Counted from the whole stretch's first letter, positions 9,596-20,300 are shown. The stretch is 63,861 nt of DNA, filler included, from Pseudobdellovibrionaceae bacterium (GCA_030591685.1; 4 parts of 4 records of this genome joined end to end with filler, not necessarily neighbours in it); one strand, 5' to 3'. Notes: generated by a model not told the origin, from the sequence alone. A program made the numbers and translations.

Positions 9596-10625
9596 AACAT
9601 TTTATGTCTTTTTTCATTCGTAGTTCTGAGGATTTTAACTCTATATCTTCAGGCAACTGCACTAAACTTCCGCGCTCAATGTATTGGTTGATTTTATCTT
9701 TATGAACCCAGGATAGAAACTCCCTTTTATCTCCTCGGCAGATCATTTGGATGGTTTTACCCTTTTGCTTCTGAGTGTCTCCAATCACTCGCGCCACATG
9801 GTCTAACTTAGCTTTAGGTGGAGTCTTACTTAAAAATAAATATGAAAAGGTAAGGGTGTTGTTTTTTATAGGCAAGTGGTTTTCGATGTCCTCAAACCAG
9901 GCTGGTAGTTTGACGTGTATGCGGTCATGGCACCAGTCTTTTTTTGAGTGAGTGATCATAGGGCAGGGCTTTTGATGCGTGCAGGGGGCCAGTGCATAAA
10001 ACCCAAGTTTTAAATATTGGTTTCGAATTAAAGAAAGTTCCCTTGAAGAGACCTGAGTACTGGGTTCAATAAAAAGTATATTATGAGCGTTGCTCACCCA
10101 GGCGGGCAGAGAATTTAATTCATTGAGAGAGTAGCAAAATAAAGTGAGGGCATTGTTTTTTTCAATGAGATGTGACTCGGGCCTATTGCTGTGTGTCTCC
10201 CAAGTGCATGGCATTGATGACAAACTCAGAGCCCCTAAAAGCTCCTTATGGCAGGCGATGGCGTTTTTAGAGATTTCGTAAAAATGAGATTCAAAATTAA
10301 AATTATTAAGCAAAAAATTAAAATGGCTTGTGCCTGGCCCACTGCCAATTTCGTAAAAAGAACCTATAGCGTTTAAACTATTATTTTTTTGTATTCGATC
10401 AATAACCGCCTGCGAGCGCAAGTAGTTAAGGGGTAAAAAGTATGTAAGATAGGCCGTTTTTAGGCCTTCATCCTCCCAGGGCGTGTGCTTTTTTTCATTT
10501 TGGTAAATGTTTGAGAGGCGCATAATATACTGAGAAAGCGCCTTAGGCTTGAACTTTTTAGCATGAACCTCAAGATTATCACTTAAAACTTTAGGGAGAG
10601 AGTAAATTTTATTTTTAACCATCAT
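9588..10625 (-). CDS. Rsm22-family SAM-dependent methyltransferase
   Basis: AYLTYFLPLN, EIGSGPGT, YSLNEL, IEP, APCTH..PCP and DWCH motifs. Confidence 0.85.
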   Translation of the reverse strand: MMVKNKIYSLPKVLSDNLEVHAKKFKPKALSQYIMRLSNIYQNEKKHTPWEDEGLKTAYLTYFLPLNYLRSQAVIDRIQKNNSLNAIGSFYEIGSGPGTSHFNFLLNNFNFESHFYEISKNAIACHKELLGALSLSSMPCTWETHSNRPESHLIEKNNALTLFCYSLNELNSLPAWVSNAHNILFIEPSTQVSSRELSLIRNQYLKLGFYALAPCTHQKPCPMITHSKKDWCHDRIHVKLPAWFEDIENHLPIKNNTLTFSYLFLSKTPPKAKLDHVARVIGDTQKQKGKTIQMICRGDKREFLSWVHKDKINQYIERGSLVQLPEDIELKSSELRMKKDIKCFS

Positions 10626-10746
10626 GAGTTACACATATCTATGATTGGCCTTTGGGGCAATATATTTTTTTAGACTCAACTGGGCTGATCTGAGCGCGAG
10701 TGAGTAAAGCTGTGGCTCTGGCCCTGAGGGCTCTTTTAAAGAGTAT

Positions 10747-10773
10747 TTATCGACGTTATAAATTAGTTAATGA
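10747..10773 (-). promoter_or_regulatory. Candidate sigma28-type promoter upstream of the Rsm22-like gene
   Basis: Minus strand reads TCAT-N15-GTCGATAA. Confidence 0.35.
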
Positions 10774-10867
10774 AGGTTTAAGTACTTATCTATGGGAAGT
10801 AGTTGCGACTTTTTTTTTGAGCTGTTAGCTATACACCCTTAAGAAAAGCTTAATTTTGGAGGTTTTT

Positions 10868-11713
10868 ATGTGGGCATTAATTGGAGGATCAGGGTTTGAG
10901 AATTTTGAAGAGTTCGAGGTTTTAGAAGAGCTCAATACAGAGACCCCTTTTGGCCCAGCCTCGAGTGGCTTAAAAAGAGTTAAACTTGGAAATCAAGAAA
11001 TTATATTTCTCTCACGGCACGGGGCACATCATGAACTTTTGCCCTCAGAAATTAATTATAGAGCCAACATATATGCATTAAAACAGCATGGGGCTAAAGC
11101 CGTCCTTTCAGTGTCAGCCATAGGGAGTTTAGCAAAAGAGTATAAGCCGGGTGACATGGTTATCCCTTTTCAGTACATCGATAGAACAAAGTCTTTGAGA
11201 GAGTCTAGTTTTTTTGGTGGGGGTTTAATCGGTCATGTCTCTTTAGCAAAGCCGGTCTCACACACTCTTATTGAACAAGTGAGGCCCATTGCTCAGGACG
11301 TAGACTTTGATATTCATTTTGGGGGCACATATATATGCATTGAGGGGCCTTACTTTTCTACAAAAGCTGAGAGTAACTACTACCGACAAATTGGCGCTAC
11401 GGTGATTGGTATGACCAACTTTCCTGAGTACGGCTTGGCCCGAGAGGCGGGGTTAAGCTACCTGCCCTGTTGTTTTGTAACCGACTATGATTGCTGGGAC
11501 GACTCTATTGCCCATGTGACCGTTGAAGAGGTTATAAAAGTGATGAAAACAAACAATGCAAAGGCTTTTAGTTTTGCTAAAAGGGTTGTATGTTTAAAAG
11601 ACCCTTGGGCCTCTTGTGAGGCTTCAAGCTCAGGCATGAAGGCCGGGCTTTTTATGCCCATGGAGGCCATTCCTGCTGAAAAAAAGAAATGGGTTGAGGT
11701 ACTTTTAAAGTGA
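10868..11713 (+). CDS. mtnP: S-methyl-5'-thioadenosine phosphorylase
   Basis: IGGSG, RHG..H, EGPYFSTKAES, IGMT and VTDYDCW motifs; GGAGG RBS before the ATG at 10868. Confidence 0.92.
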   Translation: MWALIGGSGFENFEEFEVLEELNTETPFGPASSGLKRVKLGNQEIIFLSRHGAHHELLPSEINYRANIYALKQHGAKAVLSVSAIGSLAKEYKPGDMVIPFQYIDRTKSLRESSFFGGGLIGHVSLAKPVSHTLIEQVRPIAQDVDFDIHFGGTYICIEGPYFSTKAESNYYRQIGATVIGMTNFPEYGLAREAGLSYLPCCFVTDYDCWDDSIAHVTVEEVIKVMKTNNAKAFSFAKRVVCLKDPWASCEASSSGMKAGLFMPMEAIPAEKKKWVEVLLK

Positions 11714-12207
11714 GTGAAAAAATAGTTATACTTAAAGCTTACTCGAGCTTACCAGAGGCTGAAATTGTTAAAAGTCTACTGGAGCAAAATGGTATTTCAG
11801 CCCATCTTGCAGACAAGCATTTTAATACAGCATACGGAGGCGCTTTAGGGTCTATAACAGGAGGCTACCGAATTAGGGTGAGTGAGTCGGATCTAGAGCG
11901 TGCTCAAGGTATTATTAACGAGGTGCACCCGCAGGAGTTTCAAGTTGAAGGCCCTCCTTGCCCCCAGTGCCAATCTACTAAAACAGAGCTTCATTATAAA
12001 AGCTCTATTTGGATACTGGATACGCTGTTAATACTGCTGTTATTACTCCCGTCGAGTCAGCATATTATGGAGGACTGGTCTTGTGAGTCGTGTAAAAATA
12101 AGTGGCGCATTAACAATGCCCCATCAGTAAAGCGGGTTTTTGTTTATTGTTGTGTTTTGTTTTACCTTGGTTATTGGGCCTATAGGTTTTTTACAGGGAA
12201 GTTGTAA
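11710..12207 (+). CDS. DUF2007-like putative signal-transducing membrane protein with a Zn ribbon
   Basis: EAEIVKSLLEQNGI...V.E.D.ERA; CPQC...CESC; two hydrophobic segments. Confidence 0.7.
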   Translation: MSEKIVILKAYSSLPEAEIVKSLLEQNGISAHLADKHFNTAYGGALGSITGGYRIRVSESDLERAQGIINEVHPQEFQVEGPPCPQCQSTKTELHYKSSIWILDTLLILLLLLPSSQHIMEDWSCESCKNKWRINNAPSVKRVFVYCCVLFYLGYWAYRFFTGKL

Positions 12208-12213
12208 CTCCAA

Positions 12214-12240
12214 CTTAAGGCGCATGGCTTGCGCCTTAAG
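12214..12240. terminator. Perfect 11-bp hairpin after the mtnP operon
   Basis: cttaaggcgca-tggct-tgcgccttaag; no clear U-tract. Confidence 0.5.
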
Positions 12241-12330
12241 AGAACCATAAAAATTTTTCAACCCTAACCTACTAATATTAAAGATGTTTTTTGCCTTAAG
12301 CTGAGATTTGGGAGGAAGTTAGTCCTCGAA

Positions 12331-12359
12331 TTGATGCGTCGCATATACTGTGTTATAAA
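12331..12359 (+). promoter_or_regulatory. Sigma70-type promoter with an extended -10
   Basis: TTGATG-N17-TATAAA with TG at the extended -10 position. Confidence 0.55.
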
Positions 12360-12391
12360 GGTTCAAACTTGTTTTTTATTAAGGAGAAATA

Positions 12392-12457
12392 ATGTCATTT
12401 AAAATAAAAAAAACAGTCAGCACTCGTAAATGGACGTTTATTTTAAAAAGTAAGTAA
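12392..12457 (+). CDS. Candidate 21-aa small protein MSFKIKKTVSTRKWTFILKSK
   Basis: AAGGAG lies 5 nt before the ATG, just downstream of the promoter above; too short for the ORF track. Confidence 0.4.
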   Translation: MSFKIKKTVSTRKWTFILKSK

Positions 12458-12546
12458 GTGCGTTCTACTAAAAAGTAGACGGACTAAAGCCAACCGGAAA
12501 CTTCTGTTTAAAAAGTCAAATACAGTAAAACTACTATTCAGAAGTT

Positions 12547-15194
12547 TTAAAAAACTTTTAAACCCTTGGCCTTTTCTGTTGAAGCCGTATTGTTTTTATT
12601 TGAAGTGCCCAAGGGGAGTGTTTGTTTTGTTTCATACTCCTCTATAGGGGGGCAAGAGCATACGAGGTTTCTGTCGCCCCAAACATTATCAATTCTATTT
12701 AGCGGTACAAAAAATTTATTAGCTTTAATCCATGAAAGTGGGTAGAAGGCCTTTTCTCTTGAGTAAGGGTAGTCCCAGTTATCAGAGGCTAAGTCTTCTG
12801 CTGTATGAGGGGCGTTTGTTAATACATTATTAGTTTTTTTGTATGTGCCTTGCTCAATTTCTCTAATTTCTTCACGGATAGTAATCATGGCCTCACAAAA
12901 GCGGTCTAATTCGTCCTTGGCTTCACTCTCTGTGGGCTCGATCATTAACGTACCAGTAACGGGCCAAGACATAGTGGGGGAGTGAAACCCAAAATCCATT
13001 AATCGCTTTGCCACATCATTAACATCAACTCCGGCTGAAATTTTAAAAGGTCTTAAATCAATAATGCACTCATGGGCCACCCAGCCATTTTGCCCTTTAT
13101 ATAAAATTGGAAAGTGGGGTTCTAATTTTTTAGAAATGTAGTTCGCGTTTAAAATGGCCACATGGGTGGCAAATGTTAAACCTTCAGCGCCCATCATTAA
13201 AGTGTAGGCCCATGAAATAGGTAATATGCTCGCACTCCCCCAAGGGGCGCTGGCAACAGCACGAATGCCATTTTTAGGCCCACACTCAGGAACTAAACAA
13301 TGCGTAGGTAAAAAATCTTTTAAATGCTCGGCCACTCCGATGGGTCCTACTCCGGGCCCCCCCCCACCATGAGGGATACAAAAAGTTTTATGTAAATTTA
13401 AATGAGAAACATCAGACCCAAACTCTCCGGGTTTAGCCACTCCGACAAGAGCATTTAAATTAGCGCCATCGGTGTAAACTTGCCCACCGCATTCGTGGAT
13501 GAGTTGGCAAATTTCAGAAACTTGTGTTTCAAATACACCATGAGTTGAGGGGTAGGTGATCATAAGTGCTGCTAAATCATTTGCATGAAGTTGGGCCTTT
13601 TGCTTTAAATCTGAAAGGTCAATGTTACCTTCGACATCGCACTTAACGACAACAACCTGCATACCCGCCATTGAAGCACTGGCGGGGTTAGTGCCGTGGG
13701 CACTACTTGGGATAAGGCAGATGTTTCGATGACCCTCGCCCTTTTGCTGCAAATATTTACGAATAACTAATAAGCCTGCCAACTCGCCCTGAGAACCAGC
13801 ATTGGGCTGTAAGCTTACCGCCGCATAGCCTGTGATTTCAGCCAATATGTTTTCAAAATCTGTAATTAATTTTGCATACCCTAGAGATTGATCTGTGGGC
13901 GCAAAGGGGTGAAGGTGAGAAAATTCAGGCCATGTAATCGGGAGCATCTCTGTTGTAGAGTTGAGCTTCATGGTGCAAGAGCCCAGGGGGATCATAGAGG
14001 AGGTGAGTGAGATGTCCTTTTTTTCTAAAGAAAATATATAACGTAACATGTGTGTTTCAGATTTATGTTTTGAAAAAATAGGATGGGTTAAAACATCAGA
14101 TTTTCGTAAAAGTGATTGAGGTAATGAGAGCTCTTCAGTGATTTCAAAATTAGGCGAGGTGTTTTTAAAATCAAAAACCTGAATTAACTTTTTTAAGTCT
14201 GAAATAGTAGTCGTTTCATCAAGGCTGACTGCGACACCGCCTTTAATATGAAAACAAAGATTTATGTTTTCGTTAAGAGCACGTGATTTTATGGTCTCTA
14301 TTGTTTTTTGATCGACTTTAATAAATAAAGTGTCAAAAAAGTTTTTTGTCTGAAGGTCAAAGCCTAATTTTATAAGTTGTTGGTATAGACTATGTGTATA
14401 GGTATGAACACGCGTAGCTATTTGCTTTAAACCCTTGGGGCCATGGTAAACAGCATACATCGAGGCCATAACGGCTAAAAGTACTTGAGAGGTACAGATG
14501 TTACTGGTCGACCTTTCTCTGCGGATATGTTGCTCTCGAGTTTGTAGAGCTAACCGAAGGGCTGATTTACCGCGCGAGTCTTTAGACACACCTATAATTC
14601 GGCCGGGGATATTGCGTTTATAGGCTTCACTTGTGGCCAGATAGGCGGCATGTGGCCCACCAAATCCCATAGGGACTCCAAAACGCTGAGTGCTCCCGAC
14701 GGCCACGTCAGCGCCCCACTCACCAGGAGGCGGCAGCAAACAAAGGCTTAAAATATCACACACTGCAATCACCATTGCCCCTTTGTTATGGGCCTGGGTG
14801 GCGAGTTGATGGTAATTGTTCACTTCACCTTTTTTATTCGGGTACTGAACAATGCAGGCAAAGGCCTCCGTGTTAAAGTCAAACTTATCTGGGTTTGCAA
14901 ATATGAGTTTAATACCTAAAGGCTCCGCCCGAGTGAGCAAGACCTCTTTTGTTTGCGGAAACAAATTTTCATCAATAAATATTTTTTTAGATTTTGTTTT
15001 TCGACTGTTTATGTTTAAGCACATAGTCATGGCTTCGGCTACGGCCGTGCCCTCATCTAAAAGTGAAGCGTTAGAGATATCCATTTGAGTGAGCTCACAG
15101 ATCATGGTCTGAAAGTTTAAAAGGGCCTCCATGCGACCTTGTGATATTTCAGCCTGGTAAGGGGTGTAAGCTGTATACCAACCTGGGTTTTCTA
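12547..15194 (-). CDS. gcvP: Glycine dehydrogenase (decarboxylating), 5'-truncated by the contig end
   Basis: The frame is open to the gap ([20 protein letters not shown]); [10 protein letters not shown] and the PLP motif [18 protein letters not shown] are present. Confidence 0.97.
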
Positions 15195-15294
15195 NNNNNN
15201 NNNNNNNNNNNNNNNNNNNNNNNNNNNNNNNNNNNNNNTTAATTAATTAANNNNNNNNNNNNNNNNNNNNNNNNNNNNNNNNNNNNNNNNNNNN
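15195..15294. other. Artificial contig linker N44-TTAATTAATTAA-N44
   Basis: The same 100-nt spacer with six-frame stops occurs three times. Confidence 0.97.
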
Positions 15295-15296
15295 CG

Positions 15297-15452
15297 TATA
15301 CATTGACTCATTTTTTGATAGCCTACAGGTTTCATAAACAGGGGCGAGCTTTTTTTAAAATCCATAACCTATTTAGTACGCAATACGAAGAGTCTGCAGG
15401 GTATACAACACCCAAGGTTGAAATTTCCTCAAACCTAAGGTGGGTGTTTTAA
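15297..15452 (+). CDS. C-terminal fragment of a TonB-dependent receptor
   Basis: Manual translation gives YTLTHFLIAYRF...KIHNLFSTQYEESAGYTTPKVEISSNLRWVF*, with the NLF..Y motif and terminal Phe. It abuts the TonB gene. Confidence 0.75.
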   Translation, partial: YTLTHFLIAYRFHKQGRAFFKIHNLFSTQYEESAGYTTPKVEISSNLRWVF

Positions 15453-15974
15453 GTGAGTTCATTAAATAAGGGGGTATTGTTTTCGTTAGGGTTTCATTTG
15501 TTGGGTTTTTTTATATTTAATTTCTATAATAAGGTAGAAACCCGCCCTGTCGTGTTTGAAGTTATACATAAGGTCTATAAAGCAGGGACAAGTAGTAAAT
15601 CTCAAAAAAAGAGGTTCAGCAAGAGGACCCTAAATAAATCGAAAAGTGCAGGGTCCCTTTCGGCTAACCGTCGCAGCGAAAAACACAATAACGAAGAGGT
15701 CCAATATGCGGGTCAAAAAGTTTTTAATTTTCAAATAAAATACCCGATGTTTTCAAAAAAAAATAATGAACAAGGCTCTGTCGTTGTAAGGGTTTGGTTT
15801 TTTAATAACGGTAAGGTCAATAAGTTTGAACTCTTTAAGTCTAGCGGACATTACCGGCTGGACTCAGAGGTCTTAGGAGCATTAAGGGCTCATGGGGCTA
15901 AGTTGAAAGTCATTAAGGGCAAGAGGTCGCCGATGCTTGTAAAGTACGTATTTAAAATCGTTGATTATGAGTAG
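15453..15974 (+). CDS. TonB-family energy transducer
   Basis: N-terminal TM with S..FH; YP..S...EQG.V.V and SSGHYRLD TonB_C motifs. Confidence 0.85.
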   Translation: MSSLNKGVLFSLGFHLLGFFIFNFYNKVETRPVVFEVIHKVYKAGTSSKSQKKRFSKRTLNKSKSAGSLSANRRSEKHNNEEVQYAGQKVFNFQIKYPMFSKKNNEQGSVVVRVWFFNNGKVNKFELFKSSGHYRLDSEVLGALRAHGAKLKVIKGKRSPMLVKYVFKIVDYE

Positions 15975-16039
15975 AGTGTAGTTATTTTAGTGAGAGGCTT
16001 TTTACGCAAGTCTTCTGATAATTAAAGTAGATAGTTTGA

Positions 16040-17185
16040 TTAAATAATCTCTAAAGGCGCATAACCGCTATTAGGTGTTTTAAAGTTTGTAACCTGTCCG
16101 GTGTATATGCGTGCGGATGAGAGTTGTATTTCATCTCTGTAAACAAAAAACCTTAAGTCTGTTTTCCATTTTTGCTCGTCATATATGAACTCCTGTGCCG
16201 GTACATACTCTTGAGCTATGTAGTCGCCAGAGTTCATAATGCGCTCAAATACTTTTTTTGTTAACTTTTTCCCTCTGTATACGCCCTTGCCTCCATGTGA
16301 GCGTGCCGGTTTAAAGAAAAGGTTTTTCTTATTGGACCAGGTCTCATCTGACGAACTAAAATTATTAAAAGTTTTAATTAAAAACTTTGAAAAGTTCAAA
16401 TCCTCGTGACTGAGCTCAATGAGCCTGTTTTTGTCCGCCATACGTAGGTACTCTTTGGGGTGAGGGGTGAGGCACGCAGAGCCATGAAGGTAGCCCCCTA
16501 AAATGTCCTTAGATTCAGGGCGAGAGAGTAAAAAATCACAAAATCGATTATATATAAAATCAACCTCACTGTTGTTATGGTAGAGCTTATTATTTTTTAA
16601 AGAGAAATTTGTATAGTCAGTAATTGTGGCCTCGATGTCCCATGAATTAAAAATATCTTTAAACATTAAAAACTCAGGGTACATGTTTTGCTCTTCAATG
16701 TTTTCATCGGTAATAAAAATATGTTTTGGGGTTTTGTGTGGATATACCTGTTGATATTCAGAGATAAAAGACATTTTAAGCGAGCGGTAGTCTGTATCAG
16801 GGGTTAGATCGTGTGCCATATGAAGTAAATTTATAGGCAAATACCCCGCCGCGTTCGTATTGACTTCGATGAGTCGTGGTTGATTATTTGAATCAATATG
16901 AAAATCATAGGCCATTAAAACTGAGGAGTCTGTCGTTTTGGCCGAATCAATCACCCTTTCAGCTTCATTTTTATATGCAATGGGCATTGTTCTTGTATGT
17001 TGATAAAAAGTTTTAATAAAATTTTGGCAGGCGTTAAAAATTTCGGAGCTGATCTGAAGGTGATAGGGGCTAAAGATCTGTTCAAAAAATAAAGGGTTAA
17101 ACTCAGAGCGAAAGTGCTTTTTAAAATAGGGAAGGCAGGCCTCTGACATGTGCTTTGAGCATTTAAAGTTTTTAATAAGTCTCAT
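16040..17185 (-). CDS. Uncharacterised ATP-grasp-type amide ligase (GSH/GSP-synthetase-like, circularly permuted type)
   Basis: YDFH...RLIEVNTNA, IYNR, FFKP..SHGGKGVY and IAQEYVP...DLR motifs. Confidence 0.65.
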   Translation of the reverse strand: MRLIKNFKCSKHMSEACLPYFKKHFRSEFNPLFFEQIFSPYHLQISSEIFNACQNFIKTFYQHTRTMPIAYKNEAERVIDSAKTTDSSVLMAYDFHIDSNNQPRLIEVNTNAAGYLPINLLHMAHDLTPDTDYRSLKMSFISEYQQVYPHKTPKHIFITDENIEEQNMYPEFLMFKDIFNSWDIEATITDYTNFSLKNNKLYHNNSEVDFIYNRFCDFLLSRPESKDILGGYLHGSACLTPHPKEYLRMADKNRLIELSHEDLNFSKFLIKTFNNFSSSDETWSNKKNLFFKPARSHGGKGVYRGKKLTKKVFERIMNSGDYIAQEYVPAQEFIYDEQKWKTDLRFFVYRDEIQLSSARIYTGQVTNFKTPNSGYAPLEII

Positions 17186-17463
17186 GGGGCCTTCTTCTTA
17201 ATCTTACGAATGAGTATGTTATATCTGTTATCAGATATTTCAATATTATTTATATTAAGAGATCTAACCGGGCCCTTATGGCCTGCTGCGCCTTCATGGG
17301 GCATCAAAGCTTCTGTGGGTTAGGCTTACATTTTTTAATGAGCCTAAAATTGACAACAATCACACATCAAAGTAGTTGATTGGGGGAGCTGTGGGCTCAT
17401 TACAGGTCGTCTGTTGGGTGTTAATATAGGTACTCATTATAATAAAAAGGAAGCCCCTCTGTT

Positions 17464-18231
17464 TTGAAAATTATAAGTTGGAATGTGAATGGTATAAGAG
17501 CCAGCGCTAAAAAAGGTTTTTGGGAGTACTTTGAGGCTGAAGATGCTGATATTTTTTGTATTCAAGAAACCAAAGCCCACCCGGATCAATTAGACGCCTC
17601 TTTTTTAAATCGAAAAGGTAAAACATCCTATTACTCCTCAGGGAGAAAAAAGGGCTACTCCGGTACGGCGACCTATGTAAAGTCAGAACCAAGTGAAGTG
17701 ACTTACGGTTTGGGCATTAAAAAGTTTGATTTAGAGGGGCGATTTGTTGTGGTCGAGTACCCTGAGTTTACCTTGTTTAATGTGTATTTCCCCAATGGGG
17801 GGATGAGCGAGGAGCGCCATAACTTTAAGCAAGAATTTTTAAAAAAATTTGCGGCTCATTTAAAACGTCTTTTAAGTGCAGGCAAAGAAGTCATTGTTCT
17901 GGGAGATTATAACGTCGCTTATTTAGATATAGACGTGCACGACCCTGCAGGGCTGTCAGGTGCCTCTGGTTTTTTACCAGAGGAACGGCAGTGGTTTAAG
18001 GACTTTTTAGATATGGGGTTCACTGATGTGTACAGGCATTTTTACCCCGATAGGGCTGAAAAATACACATGGTGGTCCTATAAAGAGCGTGCGCGCCCAG
18101 CAAACCGAGGATGGAGAATCGATCACATCTGTGTAAGTTCTGGGCTTATTGACAAAGTAAAATCAATGACCATTGTAGATGATCAAGAGGGCTCAGACCA
18201 CTGCCCCATTAAAATGGAGATAGAGTGTTAG
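17464..18231 (+). CDS. xthA: Exodeoxyribonuclease III
   Basis: SWNVNGIRA, QETK, GDYN, GWRIDH and SDHCP motifs. Confidence 0.95.
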   Translation: MKIISWNVNGIRASAKKGFWEYFEAEDADIFCIQETKAHPDQLDASFLNRKGKTSYYSSGRKKGYSGTATYVKSEPSEVTYGLGIKKFDLEGRFVVVEYPEFTLFNVYFPNGGMSEERHNFKQEFLKKFAAHLKRLLSAGKEVIVLGDYNVAYLDIDVHDPAGLSGASGFLPEERQWFKDFLDMGFTDVYRHFYPDRAEKYTWWSYKERARPANRGWRIDHICVSSGLIDKVKSMTIVDDQEGSDHCPIKMEIEC

Positions 18232-18740
18232 GGATATTAATTTTATTATTTACAGTTATGCCACTGGTTGAACTCTACTTTTTACTAAAGGCCGCCAGTG
18301 TGTTTGGGGGCCTGAATACTTTTTTAGTGGTTCTTGTTACGGGGGTGGTAGGGGCTTTTCTAGCAAAGTCACAGGGACGGATTGTTTATTCAAATTTACA
18401 AAAAAAAGTAGCTAAGGGTCTAACCCCTACAGATGAAATGCTACAGGGGTTACTTATACTTGTTGGCGGTGTGCTCCTAGTGACCCCGGGGTTTGTTACG
18501 GATGCAATAGGGTTTTTAATGGTCTTTCCGCTCTCTCAAAAGCTTTTGGTTATGATTTTTAAAAAGCGTCTTATAAGCAGAGTATCTAAAGCAGGCAGGG
18601 CTTCTAAAGGTGGCGCTGTGTTTTATACAAATGTAAATATTAATCAAACATGGCCCTCACAGGAGCCAGAGCAAAATTCGGTAAGGGATGTAACCCCTAA
18701 AAAGCTGAGTAAAAACTTTGACTCATCTGACGAGGAGTAA
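18225..18740 (+). CDS. fxsA: FxsA family membrane protein
   Basis: P.VELY and GGVLLVTPGFVTDAIG motifs. Confidence 0.9.
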   Translation: MLGILILLFTVMPLVELYFLLKAASVFGGLNTFLVVLVTGVVGAFLAKSQGRIVYSNLQKKVAKGLTPTDEMLQGLLILVGGVLLVTPGFVTDAIGFLMVFPLSQKLLVMIFKKRLISRVSKAGRASKGGAVFYTNVNINQTWPSQEPEQNSVRDVTPKKLSKNFDSSDEE

Positions 18741-19676
18741 GAACAATAAATAGCTGATGTATCCCATAAAAAATATAAAACCTGTTTTTCGGCCCATTCG
18801 ACCACCTGTAAAATAAAGGGCCGGGGCGAGGCATAGGGTGGCAGCCATCATCCAGGCGCTATCAATTTTTAAAATATTTTCGTTCACTATTATTGGCGCA
18901 ATCATGCTTGCGCTCCCAATCACCATAAGTATGTTCATAATATTGGAGCCAATAATACTGGATATAGCTATGTCATCTCGACCTCTGTAGGCAGCAACGG
19001 CACTTGTGGCGAGTTCAGGGAGCCCTGTGCCGACAGATATTATCGTAATTCCTATAATTCGCTCGCTAAGGCCGGCAAGGCGACCAATAGCAATGCCGCC
19101 ATCAAGGGCGAGATCGGCTCCAAATAAAAGGCCAATAAATCCAAAAATTAAATACACCACATCAAGGCCCCAGTGCTTAAGGGCCACAATTTCGTCATCT
19201 TCAGGGCTGGATTGCTGGGGGTAAAGGCGGGATCGTCGAATAGAGATAAATATAAACACAGCTAAAGAGATTAAAAACAAGGAACCTTCGAGTTTAGAAA
19301 CAACGCCATTTGCACAGGCTAAAATGAGCACTAGAGTAAAAATAATAAGCGCTGGGACTTCAAATCGAGCCATTGAGCGGTCAACTCTATTGGGTTGAAT
19401 TAGACAAGAAAGGCCAATGATGGCGAGGATATTAAAAATATTCGACCCCACGACATTTCCGAGCGCAATGTCGGGGGAGTTTTTCAAGGAGGCAATTATG
19501 CTTGTCATAAGCTCTGGGGCGGATGTTCCCGCCGCAATTATAGTCATCCCAATAATCATGGGCTTTACATGAAAGCGCGCAGAAATACTGATGGCTGCGC
19601 GAACGAGGCTTTCACCGCCTAAAATTAAAATAAAAAAGCCAAGCAACAAAAGGCCAAGGCTACTTAAAATTTCCAC
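18723..19676 (-). CDS. Ca2+/Na+ antiporter (CaCA, YrbG-like)
   Basis: GTSAPE, GNVVGSNIFN and GTGLPE alpha repeats. Confidence 0.92.
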   Translation of the reverse strand: MEILSSLGLLLLGFFILILGGESLVRAAISISARFHVKPMIIGMTIIAAGTSAPELMTSIIASLKNSPDIALGNVVGSNIFNILAIIGLSCLIQPNRVDRSMARFEVPALIIFTLVLILACANGVVSKLEGSLFLISLAVFIFISIRRSRLYPQQSSPEDDEIVALKHWGLDVVYLIFGFIGLLFGADLALDGGIAIGRLAGLSERIIGITIISVGTGLPELATSAVAAYRGRDDIAISSIIGSNIMNILMVIGSASMIAPIIVNENILKIDSAWMMAATLCLAPALYFTGGRMGRKTGFIFFMGYISYLLFLLLVR

Positions 19677-19721
19677 GATTTAAGACTACATTTGTGAGTT
19701 AGATAAGTTAAGATAAATGAT

Positions 19722-20189
19722 ATGTTTTTAAAGCTGATTCTTGCGACCATGTTTTTATTATACTTACCTCAGGCTCAGGCCTTAGGTTTATGCGTGAAAA
19801 GCACAAAGGCTTTTTTACGTGCAGGCCCAGGGACTTCTCACAAAGTAACTTGGACGGTAGGCCGTTACATGCCCTTTTTAAGAGTAGATACCAAGGGGAA
19901 CTGGTCAAAAGTAAAAGATGTCGATAACCAGGTTCATTGGATCTATACAGGGATACTCACTCAAGGCTTTAAGTGTTTAGTGATTAAAGCCAGAAAGGCA
20001 AACTTGCGAACTCAGCCTGGGGGTCGGTTTCCACGAGCAAATTACCGCGCCGCAGATAAATATGAGGCCTTCAAGCGACTGGATAAAAAGCACGGTTGGT
20101 ATCATGTTGTAAACGATGTCGGCGAAAAGGGATGGGTGCACGAAAGTCTAGTCTGGGTACCAAAGCGCAGTCTGACTTTTAATTATTAG
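19722..20189 (+). CDS. Secreted protein with tandem bacterial SH3 domains
   Basis: Signal peptide; LRAGPG..W.KV...WI and NLRTQPG...WY.V...GWV. Confidence 0.85.
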   Translation: MFLKLILATMFLLYLPQAQALGLCVKSTKAFLRAGPGTSHKVTWTVGRYMPFLRVDTKGNWSKVKDVDNQVHWIYTGILTQGFKCLVIKARKANLRTQPGGRFPRANYRAADKYEAFKRLDKKHGWYHVVNDVGEKGWVHESLVWVPKRSLTFNY

Positions 20190-20300
20190 CCCCCTTTTAT
20201 AAATTTAATTTCGCTTTGCATAAAGCACGCTCTTGCCTACAGGTCCCCTGTTTAGAGATTATGCGCTTAGAAATTGAGCTGTAGAATAACAGTGCAGGAG

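Noticed and set aside
12547..15194. gcvP, tolA, the CCA fragment and the TonB receptor as pseudogenes
   Set aside because: Their frames stay open up to the contig ends, so the truncation comes from the assembly. A glycine riboswitch cannot be assessed because the gcvP 5' region is missing.
15195..15294. TTAATTAATTAA palindrome within N runs (also 28963-29062 and 48659-48758)
   Set aside because: It is an artificial six-frame-stop contig linker. Adjacencies across it (gcvP|TonB receptor, nuclease-like ORF|IS, CCA fragment|tolA) are not biological.
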